Assembly: GCA_039819665.1 (NCBI GenBank)
Contig: JBCBRM010000035.1
Location: forward strand, 25,343-89,342
Origin: Bacteroidota bacterium
GTDB lineage: Bacteria > Bacteroidota > Bacteroidia > J057
Direction: 5' to 3'
DNA: 64,000 nt
Shown: positions 57,390 to 64,000 of the stretch, in pieces
Layout: each line of letters opens with the position of its first letter
Position numbering within the stretch: position 1 is the stretch's first letter
Notes under the pieces: model-generated
Seen by the model: the letters and a program-made list of their open reading frames with translations, nothing else
Told to the model about the DNA's origin: nothing
Database searches by the model: none
Program-made: the position numbers and the translations under genes

Positions 57390-57815
57390 ATGATTGCAAG
57401 ATTATCACATGCCAGCATTTATGTGCTGGACCAGGAAAGCGCTTATGATTTTTATGTCAATAAGCTGGGATTCAAAGTTCACACCGATGCCCCCATGGGA
57501 CCGGATATGAGATGGCTCACCATCACCCCTCCCGAACAACCCGATTTGGAAATTACCCTCATGCCTATTAAAGCAGGGCTGATGTATGACCAGGAAACTG
57601 CTGATGCACTCACAACTTTGGTAAAGAAAGGCACGTTTGGTTTTGGAGTTTTTGAGTGTAAAGATATTTACGCCACCTATGAAGAACTCAAAGCCAAAGG
57701 CGTAGAGTTCAAAAAAGAACCTACTGAAGAATTTTATGGAGTAGAAGCTCTATTCAAAGATGATTCTGGAAACTGGTTCTCTCTCAGTCAAAAGAAAGAA
57801 GCCCCTCAATCCTGA
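57390..57815 (+). CDS. VOC/glyoxalase-bleomycin-resistance-family protein
   Basis: 141-aa ORF. MIARLSHASIYVLDQESAYDFYVNKLGFKV...GVEFKKEPTEEFYGVEALFKDDSGNWFSL is the typical paired beta-alpha-beta-beta-beta pattern. Confidence 0.8.
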   Translation: MIARLSHASIYVLDQESAYDFYVNKLGFKVHTDAPMGPDMRWLTITPPEQPDLEITLMPIKAGLMYDQETADALTTLVKKGTFGFGVFECKDIYATYEELKAKGVEFKKEPTEEFYGVEALFKDDSGNWFSLSQKKEAPQS

Positions 57816-57848
57816 AACGCATAAAAACCAGCATGTAACATGCCTAAG

Positions 57849-57884
57849 CCTGAGAAATTTCCTGTAAGTATTTCAGGTTTTTTT
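57849..57884 (+). terminator. rho-independent terminator after the VOC gene
   Basis: CCTGAGAAAT (57849-57858) pairs with ATTTCAGG (57870-57877) with one bulged G, followed by TTTTTTT (57878-57884). Confidence 0.7.
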
Positions 57885-57909
57885 GTTGGAGTAGAGTCCT
57901 CAGGCAAAG

Positions 57910-58010
57910 CCTGTCATTGCGGACCGAAAACTTCAGTGAAGTAATCTCCTTGACTATAAATAGTCTTTTATTGTCAAGGGGATTGCTTCGGTTCCCTCGC
58001 AATGATAAGC
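57910..58010. repeat. imperfect long palindromic intergenic element (copy E2)
   Basis: CCTGTCATTGCGGACCGAA...AATCTCCTTGAC on the left pairs with GTCAAGGGGATTGCTTCGGTTCCCTCGCAATGATAAG on the right. It has the same terminal and inner motifs as E1. Confidence 0.65.
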
Positions 58011-58022
58011 TTGTTGTGAGAG

Positions 58023-58562
58023 CTAAAACCTGATCAACTGATAACCCTCCTGTTGCAAGTTCATAATCACGGTCATAGCAGAAAGCGCCACTTCTATTTC
58101 GGGCATCAACTTATCTCTTGGAACCGCACGAGAATACAATGACTGGCCGCATTGGTAAATCTTTGCCCCTGCAGTAGTTAATTGCTCAATGAGTTTTTTA
58201 TTGGGGTTGGGTACTCCAAATTTTTCCTCATAAGCTTCATCCATCAACAAATCCCAGGAAGCTTTATTATGCACGATTCCAACTACATGCAGCTTTTTGG
58301 CAGGCACACCCGCTTTCGCATGCATATTCATAAATCTGGCAAGGCTATTCAGAGCCAAATTTAATCGCTCTGGATCATCCGGGCTATTGTAGATGTCAAA
58401 CATTACCCGATACTCTATATCCTTAGAAGTCTCAAATTCAGGGTTTGGGACATGCCATACAGCTCCAAAATCAGGAACTAAGGGACCGGGAGATTTATGA
58501 GGAGCCTGAGCAACAAGGGAATAACTCATAAGTAGAAAACTGGAAAAAATAAGTAAGCGCAT
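58023..58562 (-). CDS. secreted DsrE/DsrF-like family protein
   Basis: 179-aa ORF. Signal peptide MRLLIFSSFLLMSYSLVAQ. The pattern RVMFDIYNS...LHVVGIVHNKA...KIYQCGQSL...SAMTVIMNLQQEGYQLI resembles DsrE-family (COG1416-type) proteins. Confidence 0.6.
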   Translation of the reverse strand: MRLLIFSSFLLMSYSLVAQAPHKSPGPLVPDFGAVWHVPNPEFETSKDIEYRVMFDIYNSPDDPERLNLALNSLARFMNMHAKAGVPAKKLHVVGIVHNKASWDLLMDEAYEEKFGVPNPNKKLIEQLTTAGAKIYQCGQSLYSRAVPRDKLMPEIEVALSAMTVIMNLQQEGYQLIRF

Positions 58563-59036
58563 ATCAGGTTCGTTAGATGAAATCTCAAGATAAGCTTTAT
58601 CGATTTTTAATGCTATATATCCTAAAGCAGTTCGAATATTTACTATGTCATGTATTATTTGGAAAAATTGGGGAGTAATTTGAGTTTTGAATGGGTCAAA
58701 TCCGGTATTTATCTGCCCTGCAGTATATGCATGGGGTAGTGGGAAATTTTTCCAGCGGGTTGATTGAAGTAGCTAGCTTTAAATTTGCGACTAATGACAT
58801 TGGCGATCGAGAGAAAGGGAGGAAAAAAGCTGAAAGAGTCATTTCCTGGAAACCTAGTGAATAGGCTATTTCAGGTGTTTTGGACAAGATCTCTAGTCTC
58901 AGTTTCAGAGAAGTACTTATAAGGAGTCCAAAATCCTTATGGAACTGAAAATCCCTCTAGCTTCAATCTTGAAAAATCGCCGAGCTTGACCTCGATGGGA
59001 TTCTGAAAAAAGAGTTTTACTATTTAGAATAAATGA

Positions 59037-59243
59037 ATGAGAATTATCTTTATAGGGGTTGTTGAATTTTCCTCCAATGCACTGGAGACCATCATTCGGG
59101 AAGGGGGAGAAGTCTTAGAAGGAATTACAAAAGTAGAATCCAGGATAAATGCAGACTTCAAGGACCTGGCACCTCTTTGGGAAGCAAACAAGATTTCTTA
59201 TAGAGACAGAACTAATTACTATGATGAATTTCGAAGAATTTAG
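59037..59243 (+). pseudogene. N-terminal remnant of a formyltransferase (Fmt/polysaccharide-cluster formyltransferase type)
   Basis: The 68-aa ORF MRIIFIGVVEFSSNALETIIREGGEVLEGITKVESRINADFKDLAPLWEANKISY matches the first ~55 residues of formyltransferases (MRIxFxGTxxF...L..L......VxGVxT). It then stops and is overlapped by the next gene. The catalytic core (HxSLLPxxRG) is absent. Confidence 0.5.
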
Positions 59244-59517
59244 CGCAACATTATCTGCAGAAGCTGTACCGGCATTGTCTCAACATTTAGAAGCTCTATG
59301 GTGGGATGCGAAAGGGAATTGGGATAAAGCTCATCATTTGGCGGATCGGGTCATCCAGGATAGCGATGGCGATTGGATCCATGCGTATTTACACAGAAAA
59401 GAAGGTGATTCCTTCAATGCCGGTTATTGGTACAATCGTGCAGCCAAGCCTCGGTTTCAGGGGAGCCTGGACGAAGAATGGGAGGAGTTGGTGAGGTATT
59501 TTCTCCAAAAAGGATAA
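59221..59517 (+). CDS. small conserved-looking hypothetical protein (98 aa)
   Basis: From ATG at 59221: MMNFEEFSATLSAEAVPALSQHLEALWWDAKGNWDKAHHLADRVIQDSDGDWIHAYLHRKEGDSFNAGYWYNRAAKP.... The sequence upstream of this Met in the ORF-track entry looks non-coding. Confidence 0.55.
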   Translation: MMNFEEFSATLSAEAVPALSQHLEALWWDAKGNWDKAHHLADRVIQDSDGDWIHAYLHRKEGDSFNAGYWYNRAAKPRFQGSLDEEWEELVRYFLQKG

Positions 59518-59607
59518 TTATTATCTCCTGCTTTTTCACAGCTTTTCAGGAAAATAAGTAAGGGCCGATCCAAAGATCAGCACCTTACATATTTCTTGAA
59601 ACTCATC

Positions 59608-62600
59608 TTAAGGCTCCATCTTTTTCCTATTCCGATCACTTAAAATCTGTACCCCCATAGTCTTACCCTTCTCATTGATTTGGCCGAGTTTATTCTCCAA
59701 CAGATCATCCAATTGATTCAACTCTGTTTCCAATTCAGCTGAAACGGCCTGATAAACCTCTTCTGCCTGATCGGTAGGCTTGTAGTCACCCCGCTGCTGG
59801 TCAGCCATAAGGAAAGCCAAGCGGTTGTTGATGCGTATGCCATAATTGAGCGGATCCTGATAGCTCTGATTTTTGGTCATATGGATCTTATTCTCAATGA
59901 CGGACATCTCTTTGTCCAATTCCTCAGCAAGCTCAAGGATATCTTTGAACTCTTCTTTTCCTCCCAGCTTTTCCTTGTAATAATTGAGGTCCTCTCTAAT
60001 GCTACGGATGTCTCGAATTGCCTGATTCGCATCACTTACCCTATCCCGAACTTTTAGTAGGAAAGCCAATTGACTCTGATAATCTTCCAGCGGAGTTTCC
60101 ATACGTGGGTCAGGGATAATCTCGAACTCACATCTTGATTCCTTATCGTCTACCTTCAAGATTGCTGTGTATTTTCCAGGCGCTGCTTTAGGGCCTCTAT
60201 TGGGAGAGGAGTAGAGGATCATTCCGTCAAACTCTTTAAAACCTGGATAGCGCATATCCCAGATGAAACGATTCTTGCCCTTTTTCAGCTTCAACCTTTG
60301 TTTTATCTTTCTGGTATCTGTAGCAAAAGTTTGAATGCTATTTCCATTCATGTCCTGGATTTCCAGACTTACGCTTTGTTTCTCATAGTCTTTGATAAAG
60401 AAGTTGAAAAGCACTCCATTAGGATGATTTTCTCCTTCCAATTTCAAATTGGGAGCTCCCCATCCACCGCCTTGTGCCATACGATAGGCGGGTTTGGGTG
60501 TGTAGAGGTGGTGAGATTTTTCTGCTACTTCCTGACTTAACTGACGCAAGGGCCCCAAATCATCTATCATCCAGAAACTACGACCGTGGGTAGCTGCTAT
60601 CAGGTTTTCATCCCGTACATGCAGATCGCGAATAGAAGTAATAGGCAGATTTAGCTGAAAAGGCTGCCAATTTTCCCCATCATCAAAGGATACATACATG
60701 CCCCATTCGGTACCAGCATACAATAGACCCTCACGAACGGGATCAGCGCGAACAGCACGGGTATAATGAGTAGGGGCTATACCCTTGACGATTTTTTCCC
60801 AGGTCCTACCATAATTTGTGGTTTTGTAGATATAGGGTTGGTAATCTCCAAACTTATAATGAGTAGCGGCTAAATATGCACTTCCTTTCTCAAAAGGATG
60901 CACATCTATACAATTCATCATATTCAATTTAGGAGAATCCTTGGGTGTAACATTCTTCCAGGTTTTGCCATTGTCTCTACTGATGTGGATGAGTCCATCG
61001 TCACTTCCAGTCCAAATGACTCCCGGCTCTAGTTTGGATTCAGCTATAGCAAAAATATTGGCATAGAATTCTGCACCTGTATTGTCCTGGGTAATGGGTC
61101 CTCCTGAAGACTGAATGGTTTGAGGATCATTTCGGGTAAGATCAGGGCTAATGACCTCCCAGGATTGCCCTTGATTGGTCGTCACATGCAAATAGTTAGA
61201 TCCTGCATACAAACGCCGGGGATCATTGGGGCTAAACATCACAGGGAAATTCCAATTGAAGCGGTACTTCATCACCTCTGCCCCGGAACCCGCAGGATTG
61301 TCTGGATAGACATTGACCGATCGGGTTTGTCCCGTGCTATGATCTTGTCTCATCATGTAACCTTTGTAGGTACCTCCATAAACGATGTCCGGGTTTTGAG
61401 GATCAGGAGCCAAATGCGCACTTTCGCCTCCAGCTGAGGGTTCCCAATCTCTTTCTGAAATGGTTCCTCCTGCAGAGCGATGTAAAATGCGAATGGTACT
61501 ATTGTCTTGTTGGGCGCCATAAATGCGGAAGGGAAAGTGATTGTCTGTTGTAACCCGATAAAATTGAGAAGTGGGTTGATTATGATAAGTTGTCCAATTT
61601 TCACCCGCATCAAAACTCACCTGGGCACCCCCATCATCTCCTATAACCATGCGATTATTGTCTAATGGATCAATCCAAAGATCATGATGATCTCCATGGG
61701 GAGTCCTGATGCTGCTAAAGTTCTTCCCTCCATCATTGGATCGCCAAAAGCCTACATTTAGCACATAGACCCGGTCTTCATTTTGTGTATCGGCATAGAT
61801 GCGGCTATAGTACCAGGCCCGTTGACGTAGGTTGCGATTTGCACTGGTTTTGGTCCAGCTTTCCCCTGCATCATCCGAACGAAAAACGCCCCCATCTTTT
61901 GCTTCTATGATGGTCCAAATCCTATCCGAATTAAGTGGAGAGACTGTAACCCCTATAATTCCAATAACTCCCTTGGGAAGTCCCGGGCGATCGGTAATTT
62001 TTTCCCAGCTATCTCCCCCATCCTTACTTTTCCAAAGATGGCTATCTGGCCCTCCGGAGTCCATGCGGTAGCCATTACGTTTGATTTGCCAGCTGGAAGC
62101 ATACATGATCCGAGGGTTATTGGGATCAAAAGTAACATCTACGGCTCCAGCTTTATCACTTACATAAAGGATTTTTTCCCAACTTTCACCCCCATCCTTG
62201 CTTCTATACAAACCACGTTCTTCATTGGGAATCCATAGATTCCCCATAGCCGCTACATATAGCAAATCTGGATTTTGGGGATGGACAATCATTCTACCAA
62301 TATGCTCAGTTCCCTCTAAGCCAATGAACTTCCAACTATCTCCTGCATCCGTTGATTTCCATAAGCCATTGCCAGAAGACACATTGCCTCGCACGGTTTG
62401 CTCACCTTCTCCTACATAAATCACATTAGGATCACTCTGAGCTACGGCAATGGCTCCTATAGAACCTCCAAAATAGCCATCCGAAATGCAGGACCAGCTA
62501 TTCCCTCCATCCGTTGTCTTCCATACCCCCCCACCGGCTGTGCCCATATAATACAAATTGGATTTACCAATTACCCCTTGTACCGTACCTGAACGACCTC

Positions 62601-62742
62601 CTCGAAAGGGTCCCACGAGGCGCCATTGCATCGTATTGTAGAGAGCTTCGTCAAACCCTGAGATTTTGGCCGAATTCTTCTGGGCCTCTAAGGTGGGAAT
62701 AGATAAAAGAAATGCGAAGAGTAAGAATAGTAGTTTTTTCAT
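59608..62742 (-). CDS. secreted BNR/Asp-box repeat protein (sortilin/VPS10-like double beta-propeller 'glycosyl hydrolase BNR repeat' type)
   Basis: 1044-aa ORF with signal peptide MKKLLFLLFAFLLSIPTLEAQ. At least ten SxDxGxxW-type Asp-boxes are present (TTDGGNSW, STDAGDSW, SKDGGESW, SKDGGDSW, SDDAGESW, SFDAGENW, TTNQGQSW, SRDNGKTW, SFDDGENW...). Confidence 0.85.
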   Translation of the reverse strand: MKKLLFLLFAFLLSIPTLEAQKNSAKISGFDEALYNTMQWRLVGPFRGGRSGTVQGVIGKSNLYYMGTAGGGVWKTTDGGNSWSCISDGYFGGSIGAIAVAQSDPNVIYVGEGEQTVRGNVSSGNGLWKSTDAGDSWKFIGLEGTEHIGRMIVHPQNPDLLYVAAMGNLWIPNEERGLYRSKDGGESWEKILYVSDKAGAVDVTFDPNNPRIMYASSWQIKRNGYRMDSGGPDSHLWKSKDGGDSWEKITDRPGLPKGVIGIIGVTVSPLNSDRIWTIIEAKDGGVFRSDDAGESWTKTSANRNLRQRAWYYSRIYADTQNEDRVYVLNVGFWRSNDGGKNFSSIRTPHGDHHDLWIDPLDNNRMVIGDDGGAQVSFDAGENWTTYHNQPTSQFYRVTTDNHFPFRIYGAQQDNSTIRILHRSAGGTISERDWEPSAGGESAHLAPDPQNPDIVYGGTYKGYMMRQDHSTGQTRSVNVYPDNPAGSGAEVMKYRFNWNFPVMFSPNDPRRLYAGSNYLHVTTNQGQSWEVISPDLTRNDPQTIQSSGGPITQDNTGAEFYANIFAIAESKLEPGVIWTGSDDGLIHISRDNGKTWKNVTPKDSPKLNMMNCIDVHPFEKGSAYLAATHYKFGDYQPYIYKTTNYGRTWEKIVKGIAPTHYTRAVRADPVREGLLYAGTEWGMYVSFDDGENWQPFQLNLPITSIRDLHVRDENLIAATHGRSFWMIDDLGPLRQLSQEVAEKSHHLYTPKPAYRMAQGGGWGAPNLKLEGENHPNGVLFNFFIKDYEKQSVSLEIQDMNGNSIQTFATDTRKIKQRLKLKKGKNRFIWDMRYPGFKEFDGMILYSSPNRGPKAAPGKYTAILKVDDKESRCEFEIIPDPRMETPLEDYQSQLAFLLKVRDRVSDANQAIRDIRSIREDLNYYKEKLGGKEEFKDILELAEELDKEMSVIENKIHMTKNQSYQDPLNYGIRINNRLAFLMADQQRGDYKPTDQAEEVYQAVSAELETELNQLDDLLENKLGQINEKGKTMGVQILSDRNRKKMEP

Positions 62743-63071
62743 GTCTTTAGCCTATTGTAATTAATATGCGGATTTCTGGTTTAGCATATTCTATACAATA
62801 TGGCAAATTTATTTGAAGTGAGCCTGCCTAATAAAAATTGGAGATAAGAAAATCATTTCTTCTGGGTTTTGGACTTAAGCTTACAAGATTAGCAGTATAA
62901 GGTTTTCCTCAAAGAGGGGAGGGCATAATGAGAGCCTGATTTATTGGCTGGGGAGGGAGGAGAATTTTGAAACTCCCAGCAGCTTGACCATTTCGAGGGC
63001 AAGAACCGGATCGTCAATGATAGAGATCTCTGTCTGTATCGACCTCTGCATTTGTTTTATAAAAAATGTTG

Positions 63072-63126
63072 ACGAAAAAGAAGAAAGTTACGGCTAGAAC
63101 CCGGAGGTAACTGAACCGTAACTTTC
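63072..63126 (-). terminator. hairpin + T-rich tract downstream of the repeat-protein gene
   Basis: GAAAGTTACGG (63083-63093) / CCGTAACTTTC (63116-63126): a perfect 11-bp stem with a 22-nt loop. The minus-strand transcript continues UUCUUUUUCG. Confidence 0.45.
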
Positions 63127-63231
63127 ACATCTATGTGCATCTGCCGCTTTAGAAAAGCCAAAGGACAACTGGCACATAATCAATTCTATCCCTATTCATT
63201 GTGTTTTGATTGTGCGATTACGTTAGTCCGT

Positions 63232-64000
63232 CTAATTCTTCTTTTGTGATTCACGGTATTTAAGGACGGTTTCGGGGGAAACTCTGTCCATGATAAAGTC
63301 TTTATGCTTTTCTATATCCAGACCAGCATCCTCATATGCCTTTAGGCGAGAAGCTCTGATTCTATGGTGGATGAAATCGGAGTACTTCATGGGATCGTAT
63401 CCTGCATCCTTATATTTTTTCAGAAAGTCAGCATTTACCCTGCTGGTGATGAATTTCTTATATGTATCGTGATCAAAGCCCGCATCTTCATAATCTTTCA
63501 GGAAAGATGCTTTCACCCTACTATGGATATATTTTTTGTATTCCTCTAAATCATATCCTGCATTTCTATAATCTGTTAGGTAAGATGGTGGTACCCTACT
63601 GTGGATATAACTCTTATAGGTCTCGACATCCAGACCCGCATCTTGGTAGGATGTCAATAATTCCGGTTTCACGCGACTTTGGATGAAGCTTTTGTAAGTT
63701 TCCAAATCCAGACCTGCATCATTATAAGCTTTCAGGCTTTTCGCATGAACGCGGCTCTGAATGTAGCCCTTATATTTATCGAGGTCATACCCTGCTTCCT
63801 TGTATTCCTTAATTAAATCAACCGGTACACGACTTTGGATAAAACCCTTATGTTCTTCCAGATCCAATCCGGCATCGCGATAAGCGATCAGGCTTGCAGG
63901 CTTAACTCTTGCCTGCAAGAAGCTCTTGCTTTCTTCCAAATCGAAACCTGCATCTTTATACGCGCTCAAAAGGTCCGGCTTCAATCGGCTCATGATATAG
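63232..64000 (-). CDS. protein composed of tandem 26-aa repeats; N-terminus probably beyond the right window edge
   Basis: The ORF has about 9.5 consecutive 26-aa units fitting SRVxxxxLxxYxDAG(L/F/Y)DxExYKx(F/Y)Ix. The reading frame stays open from 63993 to 64000. The residues there (..YIMSRLKPDLL) fit the repeat register, so the annotated Met at 63993 is probably internal. Confidence 0.75.
   Translation of the reverse strand, partial: YIMSRLKPDLLSAYKDAGFDLEESKSFLQARVKPASLIAYRDAGLDLEEHKGFIQSRVPVDLIKEYKEAGYDLDKYKGYIQSRVHAKSLKAYNDAGLDLETYKSFIQSRVKPELLTSYQDAGLDVETYKSYIHSRVPPSYLTDYRNAGYDLEEYKKYIHSRVKASFLKDYEDAGFDHDTYKKFITSRVNADFLKKYKDAGYDPMKYSDFIHHRIRASRLKAYEDAGLDIEKHKDFIMDRVSPETVLKYRESQKKN
63262..64000 (-). 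repeat. 78-bp in-frame tandem coding repeats (about 9.5 copies)
   Basis: The periodicity is seen in the translation: ARVKPASLIAYRDAGLDLEEHKGFIQ / SRVPVDLIKEYKEAGYDLDKYKGYIQ / SRVHAKSLKAYNDAGLDLETYKSFIQ / SRVKPELLTSYQDAGLDVETYKSYIH / SRVPPSYLTDYRNAGYDLEEYKKYIH / SRVKASFLKDYEDAGFDHDTYKKFIT / SRVNADFLKKYKDAGYDPMKYSDFIH / HRIRASRLKAYEDAGLDIEKHKDFIM. Copies are diverged at the DNA level. Confidence 0.8.

Noticed and set aside
58696-58887. 63-aa minus-strand ORF in the gene-poor stretch
   Set aside because: There is no motif and no plausible start context. It lies in a region that looks like decayed or non-coding sequence.
63232-64000. Regular 78-bp periodicity that could be mistaken for a CRISPR array or satellite
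   Set aside because: The repeats are contiguous with no unique spacers, diverged at the DNA level, and lie in one open reading frame giving a coherent 26-aa protein repeat. This is a coding repeat, not a CRISPR array.

Overview
This 64-kb window looks like chromosomal DNA from a Bacteroidota-type genome. Supporting signs are a SusC/SusD pair, many lipoprotein or Bacteroidota-style signal peptides, one-component regulators of the LytTR, LuxR and AraC types, and polysaccharide-utilisation genes (sulfatase, GH2 beta-galactosidase, heparinase II/III-like, ThuA-like). I support about 55 protein-coding genes, nine hairpin terminators, two further stem-loops and a small family of palindromic intergenic repeats. 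I see no rRNA, tRNA, CRISPR array, transposase, integrase or phage genes.

Gene content, left to right:
- DapA-like aldolase (partial), two tandem small secreted paralogs, and a four-repeat YegP protein.
- An FAH-hydrolase plus SDR pair.
- A membrane-anchored LuxR regulator cluster.
- A class III adenylate cyclase with a large extracytoplasmic TPR region.
- A six-gene operon: class II aldolase, Ldh_2 dehydrogenase, TRAP DctQ, TRAP DctM, a glycosidase-like protein and a sulfatase. No TRAP binding protein is present.
- LytTR regulator, parallel beta-helix protein and SO_2930-type dihaem cytochrome c.
- LacZ-like GH2.
- A self-contained MotA/ExbB-like plus MotB/OmpA-like bicistron.
- Heparinase II/III-like protein.
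- Tat-signal enolase-superfamily enzyme, a small membrane protein and a flavin amine oxidase.
- DUF2064 transferase, SusC/SusD, an SSS transporter, a phosphoesterase fused to an AhpD-like peroxidase, and radical-SAM ArsS.
- ThuA-like protein.
- An AraC plus VOC cassette bracketed by palindromic repeats.
- DsrE-like protein and a roughly 1040-aa BNR/sortilin-like protein.
- A protein built from 26-aa tandem repeats that runs off the right edge.

Best candidates for something undescribed:
1. The orphan MotAB-like stator pair. Its A subunit carries a long helical tail ending in an extra TM helix. There is no effector or partner machinery nearby, and the pair has its own terminator.
2. The split rSAM/ArsS-type cluster embedded in a SusCD/SSS uptake locus, with no ArsM in the window.
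3. The 26-aa repeat protein.

All functional calls are by-eye motif recognition. No database search or computation was run.
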